Made by a program: the position numbers and the translations under genes. The notes under the pieces were generated by a model. The model saw only the letters and a list, made by a program, of their open reading frames with translations. It was not told the DNA's origin and ran no database searches. A stretch of DNA of 63,791 bases, filler included, from Octopus bimaculoides (taxonomy: Eukaryota): NCBI RefSeq assembly GCF_001194135.2. It is 5 parts of 5 records of this genome, joined end to end, with 100 filler letters (N's around TTAATTAATTAA, not from the genome) between each part and the next. Parts side by side here need not be neighbours in the genome. Positions count along the whole stretch, not along the records: positions 1 to 20,512 come from NC_068997.1; positions 20,613 to 25,987 come from NC_068984.1; positions 26,088 to 53,283 come from NC_068987.1; 2 more parts are not named here. The stretch is one strand, 5' to 3'. Of this stretch, positions 13,453 to 26,219 are shown one piece after another. The stretch's first letter is position 1, and each line of letters begins with the position of its first letter.

Positions 13453-14894
13453 GTATATTGTTATTCCGATATTAGAGTTTGTTTAGGAAAAATGGTGATT
13501 TATGATAATTAATGATAGTGGGATAGCTAACAACTGACGGATTTTGTCTTTGAAAATATTTAACGTCAGACGCTCATTATTTCTCATACAACACGTTTAC
13601 GTTTCTGAGATTTACTTTGATTTAATATGATATTAAGCTATCAAAACAAAAGAAGTGCCGTCAACCGTTTAAACAACTGGTTATTGGATATACAGTAAAG
13701 TTTTTAATTGGTTTTAGTAGTTGACACTTCCCACTTGCAATATCCCATTAATAACCATGTAACAAGTTTGATTTTACACATATANNNNNNNNNNNNNNNN
13801 NNNNNNNNNNNNNNNNNNNNNNNNNNNNNNNNNNNNNNNNNNNNNNNNNNNNNNNNNNNNNNNTTAAGGGTGTAAATAGATTGGAATTGTTTCTATGTAC
13901 ATAGTAGTCTAAAACACAACGGATTTGCTAAGAATTATGATTATCAGTAGACATTTGTAACAGCTACAGAAGACATGCATTTTGGAATGTGGAACAGTCG
14001 ATTTTGTTCAATCCGGGAAATGCTTATTATCATTCGGCCATGAAATATTAGTTTCAATCATTGGCACAAGGCCAGCAATTTTGGGGAGAGGGAATGTCGA
14101 TTACATCGACTCCAGTGTTCAATTGGTATCATTCCGCTGGAGACACCTAGTCATTTTCATATTGATTCTTGGAAAGATTTTCAGAATAGTATTCCCTGAG
14201 AACAATAGATATTTGTATGTTTACACCCTATATATTCGAAGAGACAGTATAAAAATAGGCGTTTGATTCAGTGCGCAATTTAACTCGTCGCACCATACTC
14301 AATTTTCTGTATGATACATATAGTTCCATGTAACCTATCCAGCCACATGTAGGAAATTTTATTCTCTCAAGCGTCCAGATTATTTGCAACTGAGTTTTGT
14401 TTTGTTTGTTTGTGTTTTCTTTTGTTTTTTTTCTGACATAAAATACACATGTAACTTTAGAAATGCTCGTTAATTAACCATCTCCCTTTCTCTTACTTCG
14501 ATGATAGTTCAAGGCAAAACTTAGTTTTGGTTATTTGATGTTACCAAGCAGTAGTTCTTTCTGCAAGATGACGCATATCTAAAAATTTTCTATTGCAGAT
14601 AACGTTAGAGAAACTCGAGGCCAAATTTCTGTTTTTAATGCTAACACTAAAATTTTAAAACTTATTTTCATTTTTCTAAATGTGCGTGTGTGTAAGTGTG
14701 TGTGTGTGTATCGGTGTTTGTGTGTGTGCATTGTTGTAGTTTTTGTTATTGTTCATATTGCTATTGTCCCTTTGTTGTTGTTGCAGATGTTTTTCTCTGC
14801 CATATTGTTATATAGGCTCGAATGTGTATCATCACTTTTTTTCAAGAAAAATCATGCACTTTCTTCTGATGAAATGTGGTTAATTTAGCTATTA

Positions 14895-15760
14895 TATATT
14901 ATCGTACGTCTTTCTTGGATTTTTCAACTGGAGAGGTGTGACTAACCAGTGACCAAGAGATTGCTTTATCAGTTCAGTTTTCAAACATCTTTCTCGGCTT
15001 CCCTGCAGTTCCTAGCAACGTAGTTTCCTGTAATATACTCGATTATATGTCACTCTTGATTTCATCTCCATCGTGATTGCACCGAGAGAACCCACTACCA
15101 CAGACTCAATTTCAATATAATTTTCTTTTATGTTCTACATTCTTGCAATATCTCCTCTGAGGTTTCGCTATTTCTCAATTCATTTCTCTTTGTTCTCGCA
15201 CTCACTTTTGTCACATGGACAAAGTATATCAGTTATTGTGCAGTGTATTTTCTTTGCTTTTTGTTGATATTGTTGACTGCTTGTAATCTTGCTTCACTGA
15301 TTTGATCACATTAAGCACTAAAATCTCAGTTCATCTCCCTCCCCCGTTTTCCCCACTACCTTAATGTTATGCTTATACCACTTATCAACTTTGCCTAAGT
15401 TGTATCTTTACATGGTTTCCGATCAATAATACGTGCGATATTGTTATGCCTCCATTTATATTCACTTTATACAAGTCTGCTACACTCCCTCGCTAGGTGA
15501 CTAATGCTTTCACCTTTTGTAACACAAAGCCCACATAATGGTTGATTCAAAATCTTTATCAACCTTATATTTCAGTAGATTGTTTATAAATATATAACAT
15601 TTATGTCTGATTTTTTCTTTTGTATACCTACAACGTTATTCATATTTCCGACAAGCATTTCAGACATTGCTCTTCCATTTCTCGTCGTTTCATTTCCCTC
15701 TTGTCTGATTTTCTCATAACCATCTTTATCAATGTAGTCTGTATTATTTGTCACATCACC
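14895..15760 (-). mobile_element. R4/Dong-clade (RLE) non-LTR retrotransposon 3' remnant
   Basis: Minus-strand KGESISHLARECSRLV*SEYKWRHNNIARII (CCHC knuckle plus RH motif), DKWYKH, VVVGSLGAI and terminal LQETTLLGTAGKPRKMFEN*. Confidence 0.85.
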
Positions 15761-17270
15761 TACCTATACAGGAATCAAAATTAGGTCCTGAACTATTCGT
15801 CAGATGTCGTCCTAGGTTATTTAATTCACNNNNNNNNNNNNNNNNNNNNNNNNNNNNNNNNNNNNNNNNNNNNNNNNNNNNNNNNNNNNNNNNNNNNNNN
15901 NNNNNNNNNNNNNNNNNNNNNNNNNNNNNNNNNNNNNNNNNNNNNNNNNNNNNNNNNNNNNNNNNNNNNNNNNNNNNNNNNNNNNNNNNNNNNNNNNNNN
16001 NNNNNNNNNNNNNNNNNNNNNNNNNNNNNNNNNNNNNNNNNNNNNNNNNNNNNNNNNNNNNNNNNNNNNNNNNNNNNNNNNNNNNNNNNNNNNNNNNNNN
16101 NNNNNNNNNNNNNNNNNNNNNNNNNNNNNNNNNNNNNNNNNNNNNNNNNNNNNNNNNNNNNNNNNNNNNNNNNNNNNNNNNNNNNNNNNNNNNNNNNNNN
16201 NNNNNNNNNNNNNNNNNNNNNNNNNNNNNNNNNNNNNNNNNNNNNNNNNNNNNNNNNNNNNNNNNNNNNNNNNNNNNNNNNNNNNNNNNNNNNNNNNNNN
16301 NNNNNNNNNNNNNNNNNNNNNNNNNNNNNNNNNNNNNNNNNNNNNNNNNNNNNNNNNNNNNNNNNNNNNNNNNNNNNNNNNNNNNNNNNNNNNNNNNNNN
16401 NNNNNNNNTATAGTAAAAGGCATCCTCCACCATGCACGGTGCCACATAGTCTGACTAAACCTGGAGCCATATTGTTGGGAAGCAAGCTTCTTACCACTCA
16501 GCCACACCTGTGCCTAAAAATATCAAATTTGAATGTAATCCTCCATATGGTCACCAATACCTGTGTCTTTGTATTTAACCCTGAGAGCTCTTCCGTATCC
16601 GACTTGAACATTACAGGTCAGTGATGCTATACATCATTTTTTGTTAATATCAAGCTTAGACAATGAAATTATAAATATATGTATATATTCTTACTCTTAT
16701 CCTTATTATCATAGTTATTATCATTATTCTTGTTGTTGTATCCGAATCCTCCATGTAGCGATAGGTCTTTGTTGAATTAATCGACTATATCTTCATTCTA
16801 AATTGCGGTATTTTATACTCGACAGGTATTTTGTTCTTTCTATTATCCGGTGCCTCATCATTTATAAAAAATATTTTCTACCAACTCCGAAGGTATTACA
16901 GACAAAATATACGACATCATTAAATGCTATAGAGGACCCTGTCCGACATACTATTGTCTCTGCAACTCCGTTGGCTTCATGTTCAGATAGACAGTCTCCA
17001 CAATCATATTGCATTAATCACATAAATATATGATGATATCTAGATCAAATTGAAAACCGTGAGATATGAACACATTCGAAGTAAATATCTAAATACAGCA
17101 CTAAAATATGTAATTAAATTTCGTGCATTTAACACGGTTTCTACGTCAGAAAAACGATGAAAATTCCATAGCGAGTCTAATTTGCATGGCCGCGCTATGG
17201 AAAACATTAGGTAAGGAACACACCAGTCATTGTAAAAACTTTCACTTTGTTAATTTATCAGTCTGTCTGA

Positions 17271-17645
17271 TGGCACTCCGTCGCTTACGACGTCGACGGT
17301 TCCAGTTGATCCGATCAACGGAACAACCTGCTCATGAAATTAACGTGCAAGTGGCTGAGCACTCCACAGACATGTGTACCCTTAACGTAGTTCTCGGGGA
17401 TATTCAGCGTGACACTGGGACAAGGCTGACCCTTTGAATTACAGGCACAACAGAATCAGGAAGTAAGAGTGAGAGAAAGTTGTAGTGAAAGAGTACAGTA
17501 GGGTTCGCCACCATCCCCTGCCGGAGCCTCGTGAAGCTTTAGGTGTTTTCGCTCAATAAACACTCACAACGCCCGGTCTGGGAATCGAAACCGCCATCCT
17601 ATGACCGCGAGTCCGCTGCCTTAACCACTGGGCCATTGCGCCTCC
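17271..17645 (-). mobile_element. tRNA-derived SINE family A (head 1 + tail 1), full length
   Basis: Reverse complement of copies at 36635, 49536 and 56800. tRNA-Arg-like head GGAGGCGCAATGGCCCAGTGGTTA...GGTTTCGATTCCC with A/B-box-like motifs. Confidence 0.9.
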
Positions 17646-18652
17646 GTTAAATTATGACATTCGGTATTAAATAAATAAATAGATAGCGTGAGAAGAATAG
17701 TAATGTCTTGCATGGAGAAATATTGTTTCCTTATGTCCAAATATCATTCAAACGCTTAGATTATTTCTGAGAAAAGGTATGTAATAGTATTGACCAGCTC
17801 TATTCACTAGATATTATATTGATAGTTTAATTTCCTTATAGTTTCCTCTCTTTTGAATAAATATTTAGATCAAAACGTTAGGGCATGTGACCTTCTATGG
17901 CACAGGGACCTCCGAATTTGTAAACGTCTGAGATTTAAATTCTGTGGCGATGGATGCATTGTAATATTCCTGATATCTACAAACTACAGCGTAGTTGGCT
18001 TTGCAATTATATTACATCAACTAGTTGTATCATATATGTGTTAACAGTAATAGAAAAGGATATTTCCTTGGCTAGATATACGTAATTAAATCGCGAGATT
18101 CATTGTCAGACACACAGAAGTTTATTCGGAAATAAACATAAGTAAATGTCTTCTCTAATAAAATGATTTTAACTTGTACATCTGAATTACAAGCCTTTCA
18201 AGATAACTTTGTAGTGAACGAAAATAATTGATTGAATTAGCCTTTAATGTATGCCTTGCAAAACGAAATGTCGACCTCAGCAGAATGTGAACTACGCGCC
18301 GAATGGAAATAAATGACATCAAATCTTTAGAGCGATATTCAATCGTTTATCCCATTCGTCGTATCAAAACACTCAAAATAATGAACACATTTATTATGGC
18401 TCTCTTCATGTAAAGATTTCATTGTGAATAAAGGAAAAAAAATGATAAGTCTTGTGTGTTGCTTGACGTATTTCAATTATCTTCTTCGTATTGTGACAGT
18501 GAAATATCTAAAATAAGCCGAAAATATTTCCTTGGCATGCGTACATAGACAAATGGCTCTCGAAATCAGAATGGCATTGAAATTTAACACATGTTAATGC
18601 CAGGAATGCGTACAAGGAAATCCAAAACCATTGTTTTCAATTGTGGCAGAAT

Positions 18653-18773
18653 GAAGAAGAAGAAGAAGAAGAAGAAGAAGAAGAAGAAGAAGAAGAAGAA
18701 GAAGAAGAAGAAGAAGAAGAAGAAGAAGAAGAAGAAGAAGAAGAAGAAGAAGAAGAAGAAGAAGAAGAAGAAG
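18653..18773 (+). repeat. (GAA)n microsatellite, about 40 units
   Basis: Direct reading; source of the poly-E, poly-K and poly-L ORFs. Confidence 0.95.
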
Positions 18774-19024
18774 AGAGGGGGCGAGGAAGGTGGACATCGC
18801 TACTCGTTTTAATTATAGCTGGTCACTTTGGAATGATATCTTACTATTTCCTAGGGATCAAAAAGGTCTGGAGAGACAAGATGCTAAACGTTTTAAAGAT
18901 CCACCTTCGTGAGATTTCACTCCATCACTGACGGAGATACATCGGCAGTGACAGGTTGTGTCCCAAGGTTCGATGAAATGCAAGAGTTACGATTTGATAT
19001 TTGTTCCAGTTACAGTGTGGGTGG

Positions 19025-19072
<48 letters not shown>

Positions 19073-20478
19073 TACACCGCCCCCATCCCTGTATAAGTGG
19101 TTCACATGTTTCCATATATAAGTATTAAATCGGTAAAAACACAAGAAGAAACGGTTTCGGTTCAGCCTTAGAATCAACCCTGGAGTCAACCCTTGTTGAT
19201 AGTTGGTACAATTTTATGTACTTCGGAAGATTAAAAGTCATAAGTGGTGAAATTCATACTCAAAGACGAATAATATCTTCCCATATTTAATGTTACTACT
19301 CAAACCTTTTTTTTTTCCTTTAGATGAAACATCCAAGAAAAAATATGTGATCATATGAATTTAATTATCACTTCTCTTCCGTTTCACTTGCGCTGCTTTA
19401 GCATATTATATTGGGCCCTTTTTAAATATCTGTTTGTCGTCTATTTTATTTTGCGTAATCGGTAGACTGCAATCTGAAATACATATATTGTTGTTTCTTC
19501 TGTTCAAGAGTAAATAATTCAAACTAACAACACGGATCTGCGTTGCATTAAGTCCCGGTTGCCTGACAAGAACAGAACACAAGCTTTCAAAGCAAAAACA
19601 AGCTGATGAATATGAAACTCATGAGGATTTTTTGACTCCTAAAATCTAATTAATGCTGACTAAATTTCAGTCAAAACTGAATTTTGGATTTCCCAAATCA
19701 TCATCAATATTCGCAGTTCCGTTAATATTATTGCATATAGTGTGTCTCGTGGGGAGAACTGGAAATATATTTTTTCACTAATCAATAACTAGAAAGTGTT
19801 GAAATGTAGAAGAAAATTATGAAACGAAAACAGTGGAAAATAAAATATGATTCTGGGCTATTCACCCAAGCTTGTTTTATTTTAAGAGACTTATTTTTTC
19901 CCCTTTATTATGTTTTGTTTTCTTTTATTTTTTATCCTGTTAGAAAATAGACTGTGATCAATGAAAATTTGATACAAATAATGTTATAGAGTGATACATG
20001 ATTATATTAGTTCGAAAAATTGCTGAATGTTATATGCTGTATACACTTAAATATGAAATATCTTAGTGACGTTGGACTAAAACTAACCAAACAAAATTTA
20101 TATGTGTATCTTTACCCAACTTTATTCTTTCAAAAGCATTAACGTTGTACTCGAGAATGTGTTATTCGTCAGTGATATATTATGTTTAAAATGAATGTGT
20201 CTGGGGGATATGAGGATAATGCATGTGATTTTATTTTTAAACAGATTTCTATTTTACTTTTTTAAGGAAATCTTTTAAGTAGTTCCACTCCGCTTATTTA
20301 TTGATGTCTCACACTCGTGGACATGAATAAATGCAGTGATATAATCAATATTATACTACTGACAGTCAACAAACGTATACATACGAACACGGAAAAGCAC
20401 ACTCAGGTGCATACAACCGAATATGCATACCCACATATACGCATATACACATATATACATACATATTCACACACCTAC

Positions 20479-20512
<34 letters not shown>

Positions 20513-20612
20513 NNNNNNNNNNNNNNNNNNNNNNNNNNNNNNNNNNNNNNNNNNNNTTAATTAATTAANNNNNNNNNNNNNNNNNNNNNNNNNNNNNNNN
20601 NNNNNNNNNNNN
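20513..20612. other. Artificial 100-bp gap spacer: 44 N + TTAATTAATTAA + 44 N
   Basis: Counted 44/12/44. The 12-mer puts stops in all six frames. Identical structure at three other sites. Confidence 0.95.
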
Positions 20613-20919
20613 ATTTATTGGGAATTTTCTGTATTATTTCGTATTTTTTGTAAATACCCCAAACGTTTTGCGATGTATTTTTTTTCATCGTTGGCCCCAC
20701 TTTTGTTTTTTTTCTGCTTTGTTTTCGCCCCCCTTGAAAAGAAAAACTCTACATTTGTATTTTGTCCCCTCTATGTTGAGCCCTGTGTGGCTAATAAAGA
20801 AACATATCTATCTATCTATCTATCTGTCTATCTGTCTGTCTGTCTGTCTGTCTATCTGTATGTCTGCCTGTCTGTCTGTCTATCTACCTATCCATCCCTC
20901 CATCCCTCTATCTATCTAT

Positions 20920-20951
<32 letters not shown>

Positions 20952-21063
20952 GTGTGTGCATGTTGAGGAATTTATATAAAACAGTGAAGATCATACATTT
21001 CTATATAATTCTTTTATTTACTTTTTTTATTTCTTTGACATAAAGTACTTAAAGTCAGTTGTG

Positions 21064-21111
21064 GTCGTGAATAGCACTATTTCGTCCTCCTTTTGGACTC
21101 ATCAGCGCGAC
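21064..21111 (-). ncRNA. Minimal type I hammerhead ribozyme (Penelope-element type)
   Basis: Minus strand reads GUCGCG-CUGAUGA-GUCC(AAAAGGA)GGAC-GAAA-UAGUGCUA-UU-CACGAC: complete core, perfect 4-bp stem II, short near-palindromic stem III, AUU cleavage triplet, 5/6-bp stem I. Confidence 0.75.
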
Positions 21112-21808
21112 ATAACACGGAACTTGAAATTAATTAAGCTTCTTCTTCTACTAGTAGAGAGAAGAGAGAGAGAGAGAGAGAGACTTGAAATTATGTCTGT
21201 CACATAAATGAATAATTAAAACACATAAACTATTATCCAGTCACATGATTTATACATTTTCTGGAAACAGATAAAAATATTGTCTGCTGACATTGCTTTA
21301 TGTATATCTTTTCCTCTATTCCTCTTGATATGTATTGACTGGTGGATTAAAATAGTGGTTTATTCTACATTTATTATCTATTACATTTTCTTTCTTGGTT
21401 TTACTTGTGACATGCAACTGTGTTCATATAAACACGCCTACTGGCTGTAGGTATGCATTCATGATAATATGTCTTTTGTGGCAAATGTATTATATATAGG
21501 ATTCTGATGAGTTGATATTTGATTGCGTCAATATAATGATGCACCTTAAATCTATAGTTCGTATATTATATGATAATATAGCAATACACTTGAGTTCGAA
21601 CGACAACGAAAAATTTTTAAATTTATGTAATAAAATAATTTACATACTCAATTCCGCTGGTTAATAATTGTATTAACTCTACGGATATTATAGCATTTCC
21701 GAAATATGATCCATAAATAACTGACCTATTTATAATTATATCCAATAACATGTATCCGTTGATGAGTATAAAAGAGTAAACTCCAGTGTTAACTCCTGAA
21801 TGAAATTG

Positions 21809-21846
<38 letters not shown>

Positions 21847-22516
21847 ACATTTTTCTTTCCTGAATGAGAGAAAAAATATTCATTATGTATTGTAAGCCAG
21901 AATTTTATTTTATTGTACGCAGCTTGAACTTTTCTTCTTTGCTACCAAGAAAGAGTTTCCCTCGTTTTTTTTCATTCCTGAACGAACGTTGAAAAGGGGA
22001 AAAATCTCAAAAGCGACGGAGGGAAATACCAGCTGCATAAAATATGTATGTGTGTATGCGGTGTGGTTGGGCGTAGTATGGTGAGTGTGTGTATGTGTGC
22101 GTGTATGTTCATGTGTGTACGTATGTGTATGTGTTTTCTGACACGAAAGTTTTTCCAAATTAGAAAACTTGTGCGTTAGTTTTGCACACCAGTAAATCAG
22201 TGTGTCTGGCAAACACCGTAAATTTCAAAGCAAACACCTATTAGAACACCTGTCGAGATGAATATTTGTTATAGCCATGTAATTAAAAGTTTTAACATTT
22301 TCCACCATTTATTTCGGGTTTCTTAAATGTATTCACAAGCATAACATCTTGCTGCTTGGAAGAAAGTTTGGGTTAAGTAATCAACACTAAATAAATAACT
22401 TCCAGAAACGAGAGAGAGAGAGAAAGAGAGAGAGGGGGGAGGGGGATATTAACTGCTCCTTTTAAAGGCTAACATACACACACACATACACACACATATA
22501 CATACATATACATACA

Positions 22517-22548
<32 letters not shown>

Positions 22549-22831
22549 CATATATNNNNNNNNNNNNNNNNNNNNNNNNNNNNNNNNNNNNNNNNNNNNN
22601 NNNNNNNNNNNNNNNNNNNNNNNNNNNNNNNNNNNNNNNNNNNNNNNNNNNNNNNNNNNNNNNNNNNNNNNNNNNNNNNNNNNNNNNNNNNNNNNNNNNN
22701 NNNNNNNNNNNNNNNNNNNNNNNNNNNNNNNNNNNNNNNNNNNNNNNNNNNNNNNNNNNNNNNNNNNNNNNNNNNNNNNNNNNNNNNNNNNNNNNNNNNN
22801 NNNNNNNNNNNNNNNNNNNNNNNNNNNNNNN

Positions 22832-22930
<99 letters not shown>

Positions 22931-22945
22931 CCATTTTATGCACAC

Positions 22946-23128
22946 GGTCTGAAATCTTTGGGAAGGTGTAAGTTAATTACATCGACTCCACTACCTACTG
23001 CTTGCTTGGCACTTTATTTTATAGATAACAAAATGATGAAAAGCAAAGTCGACCTCGGGCGAGTCAGGACCCAGAACGTAAGGACAGACGAAATGCTGCA
23101 GAGCATTTTGTCTGTCCTCCTAACGATT
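22946..23128 (-). mobile_element. SINE family B copy
   Basis: Reverse complement of the GTCGACTTTGCCTTTCATC...GATAAA...AGTACC body seen at 39543 and 42895. Confidence 0.75.
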
Positions 23129-23665
23129 AATACACACACACACACACACACACACACCTCAAACACAAATATACCCTTTCTCGTTCGCTCTATCTTTTCC
23201 TTCAACTATTTAATCGCATAACATAATAGCAATCCCTTTCTCCTAACTCTCACCGCTAACACTCTTCTCACTCACTGTCTTCACCTCTTGTTTCAACTCA
23301 CCCCATGACAGCGTCACACATCTGGCCCTAGTATATTAATCTATGCCTTTTAAGTCATCACATTTTCATTTACAAATTGTATTCATTTATAACTTGTACA
23401 ATTAATTCTCATAAACCTATAATATATTTTAATCTATTCATAGTTGCTTACCATATTTATTTTATTTTAGTTTATTTTCTCTCTAATTTTATTCATAAGT
23501 AATTAAGACATTGTTAATTTTGAGCTACTCAGCAACTTTTTGCTGAGTCATACTTAATTCTCGCGTCATTCACGCGTAGTCCAACCCAGCCAATGCCACA
23601 TTCTTTATCTTTTCCCGTCATTTGCTGATCGTCGTTTCCTGCAATATGTGTGTGTGTGTACACAC

Positions 23666-23697
<32 letters not shown>

Positions 23698-24343
23698 NNN
23701 NNNNNNNNNNNNNNNNNNNNNNNNNNNNNNNNNNNNNNNNNNNNNNNNNNNNNNNNNNNNNNNNNNNNNNNNNNNNNNNNNNNNNNNNNNNNNNNNNNNN
23801 NNNNNNNNNNNNNNNNNNNNNNNNNNNNNNNNNNNNNNNNNNNNNNNNNNNNNNNNNNNNNNNNNNNNNNNNNNNNNNNNNNNNNNNNNNNNNNNNNNNN
23901 NNNNNNNNNNNNNNNNNNNNNNNNNNNNNNNNNNNNNNNNNNNNNNNNNNNNNNNNNNNNNNNNNNNNNNNNNNNNNNNNNNNNNNNNNNNNNNNNNNNN
24001 NNNNNNNNNNNNNNNNNNNNNNNNNNNNNNNNNNNNNNNNNNNNNNNNNNNNNNNNNNNNNNNNNNNNNNNNNNNNNNNNNNNNNNNNNNNNNNNNNNNN
24101 NNNNNNNNNNNNNNNNNNNNNNNNNNNNNNNNNNNNNNNNNNNNNNNNNNNNNNNNNNNNNNNNNNNNNNNNNNNNNNNNNNNNNNNNNNNNNNNNNNNN
24201 NNNNNNNNNNNNNNNNNNNNNNNNNNNNNNNNNNNNNNNNNNNNNNNNNNNNNNNNNNNNNNNNNNNNNNNNNNNNNNNNNNNNNNNNNNNNNNNNNNNN
24301 NNNNNNNNNNNNNNNNNNNNNNNNNNNNNNNNNNNNNNNNNNN

Positions 24344-24528
24344 AGATAAGATGAAAATAACGTAATCTTCAAGTTTAGGGAGGTAAAAAAAAGTAAATAA
24401 AAATATTCCGGTCTTCCACGAGGCATTTTCGATCTCTCAGTTAACTTCAATCAAATGTGTGTGATTTATTTTTATTTACTTTTTTTTACCTCCCTAAACT
24501 TGAAGATTACGTTATTTTCATCTTATCT
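24344..24528. repeat. Perfect 62-bp inverted repeat (24344-24405 / 24467-24528) with 61-bp spacer
   Basis: AGATAAGATGAAAATAACGTAATCTTCAAGTTTAGGGAGGTAAAAAAAAGTAAATAAAAATA is matched exactly by its reverse complement. The left arm begins at a gap edge. Confidence 0.9.
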
Positions 24529-25058
24529 ACATGAATTTCTATGGCGGAATTCAACCCCAAAAGAAAAAAACATTCGTTTATTTTTTGGCTGCTATTTCTG
24601 ACGTTTATAACGTTGAGTAGGTTAATTTCTAGAACTGCATGCTGACCCTTGAATAAATATCTAATATCTGTTGAATTTCATTATCATTTCCATCGACAAA
24701 GTTCTCTCCTTCTGTCGCATGCTGTNNNNNNNNNNCATTATCATTTCCATCGACAAAGTTCTCTCCTTCTGTCGCATGCTGTTTTAGAAACAAAAACCCG
24801 TGTGTAAAAGAAAAAAAAAGAACACGTGTGTGATTTATTTATAAACAGCTAAAAGAACACACATTTCAGAGTAGTACGGACAATACTGGTATGTCGTTCA
24901 GTTATTTCCCTTGAATATTTTTTGTTTTCTTTTTAACTCCCTNNNNNNNNNNNNNNNNNNNNNNNNNNNNNNNNNNNNNNNNNNNNNNNNNNNNNNNNNN
25001 NNNNNNNNNNNNNNNNNNNNNNNNNNNNNNNNNNNNNNNNNNAGATAGAGAGAAAGAT

Positions 25059-25095
<37 letters not shown>

Positions 25096-25599
25096 TAGCC
25101 AGAGAGATGTATATATGTGTATATGTATGTGCTTTTGCGTGTGTGTGTAAGTGAGTGAATAGTTACACCTGTAAAAGTGCATGCGAGCGTAAATCGCTAT
25201 ACGTGCATATGTGCATGCAAATGCATTACTCACATGTGTGCATGTTCGCACCATCAGGTATTCGTTTACAAGCGAACACGAAACGCGTGCATCATCATTT
25301 ACATGCACCTATTTATATTTACGCATGCACGTTACAGACGCATGCATTTTATAAACATTGAAAGTGTTTAATATATACACAGAAATGTGTTCACATATTT
25401 ATGAGTTGGTATATAGACATACCTAGAGATATATGCGTAAATCAACTATAGAATGTATAAACATAAAGCACAATATAGATATGTATGTATGTATGCATGT
25501 ATGTATGTATACGCAACTAAGATCGTAAAGGTACACTGCACCCTTAAAGTTGACTATATATAGACATGCATTTGTAAGTAGAGTATTATAAGCTATATG

Positions 25600-25676
<77 letters not shown>

Positions 25677-25987
25677 ATGTGTGTGTATATGTACACATAT
25701 ATGTGTTTGTGTTTATTTATGTATATATGTATATATATATAATTTATGGATATGTGTGTGTGTATATACATATATATAAACATACATTTACATACATATA
25801 AATCTATAGACAAACACATAGGTAAATAAATAACACACACATACACACACGCGCGCGGGCGCGCACACACACACACATATATATATATGCTATATATGCA
25901 CCTATGTGTGTATCAATAGATATATATGTTTGTAAATGTATGTTTATATATACGTATGCACACACATATATAATTATATATATATAT

Positions 25988-26087
25988 NNNNNNNNNNNNN
26001 NNNNNNNNNNNNNNNNNNNNNNNNNNNNNNNTTAATTAATTAANNNNNNNNNNNNNNNNNNNNNNNNNNNNNNNNNNNNNNNNNNNN
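25988..26087. other. Artificial 100-bp gap spacer (44N-TTAATTAATTAA-44N)
   Basis: Same structure as 20513-20612. Confidence 0.95.
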
Positions 26088-26152
<65 letters not shown>

Positions 26153-26219
26153 TTACATAGATAGATAGATAAATTTACGTAAAAATAAATGGCTGTTTAA
26201 CCAAAAAAATTAATTCATC

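Noticed and set aside
15748-16507. Long ORFs made of X residues (also 23605-24450, 28455-29130, 35301-36037, 38520-39434, 55281-56376)
   Set aside because: They stay open only because they run through N-gaps.
18591-18931. Poly-K, poly-E and poly-L ORFs
   Set aside because: (GAA)n microsatellite with no splice or coding context.
18790-18990. Possible plus-strand RLE-LINE 3' remnant (IAGHFGMI)
   Set aside because: One weak motif only. If real, it would be an exception to the minus-strand LINE bias.
24679-24782. 47-bp exact tandem duplication around a 10-N gap
   Set aside because: Identical contig-end overlap across a minimal gap, a typical unmerged-overlap artefact.
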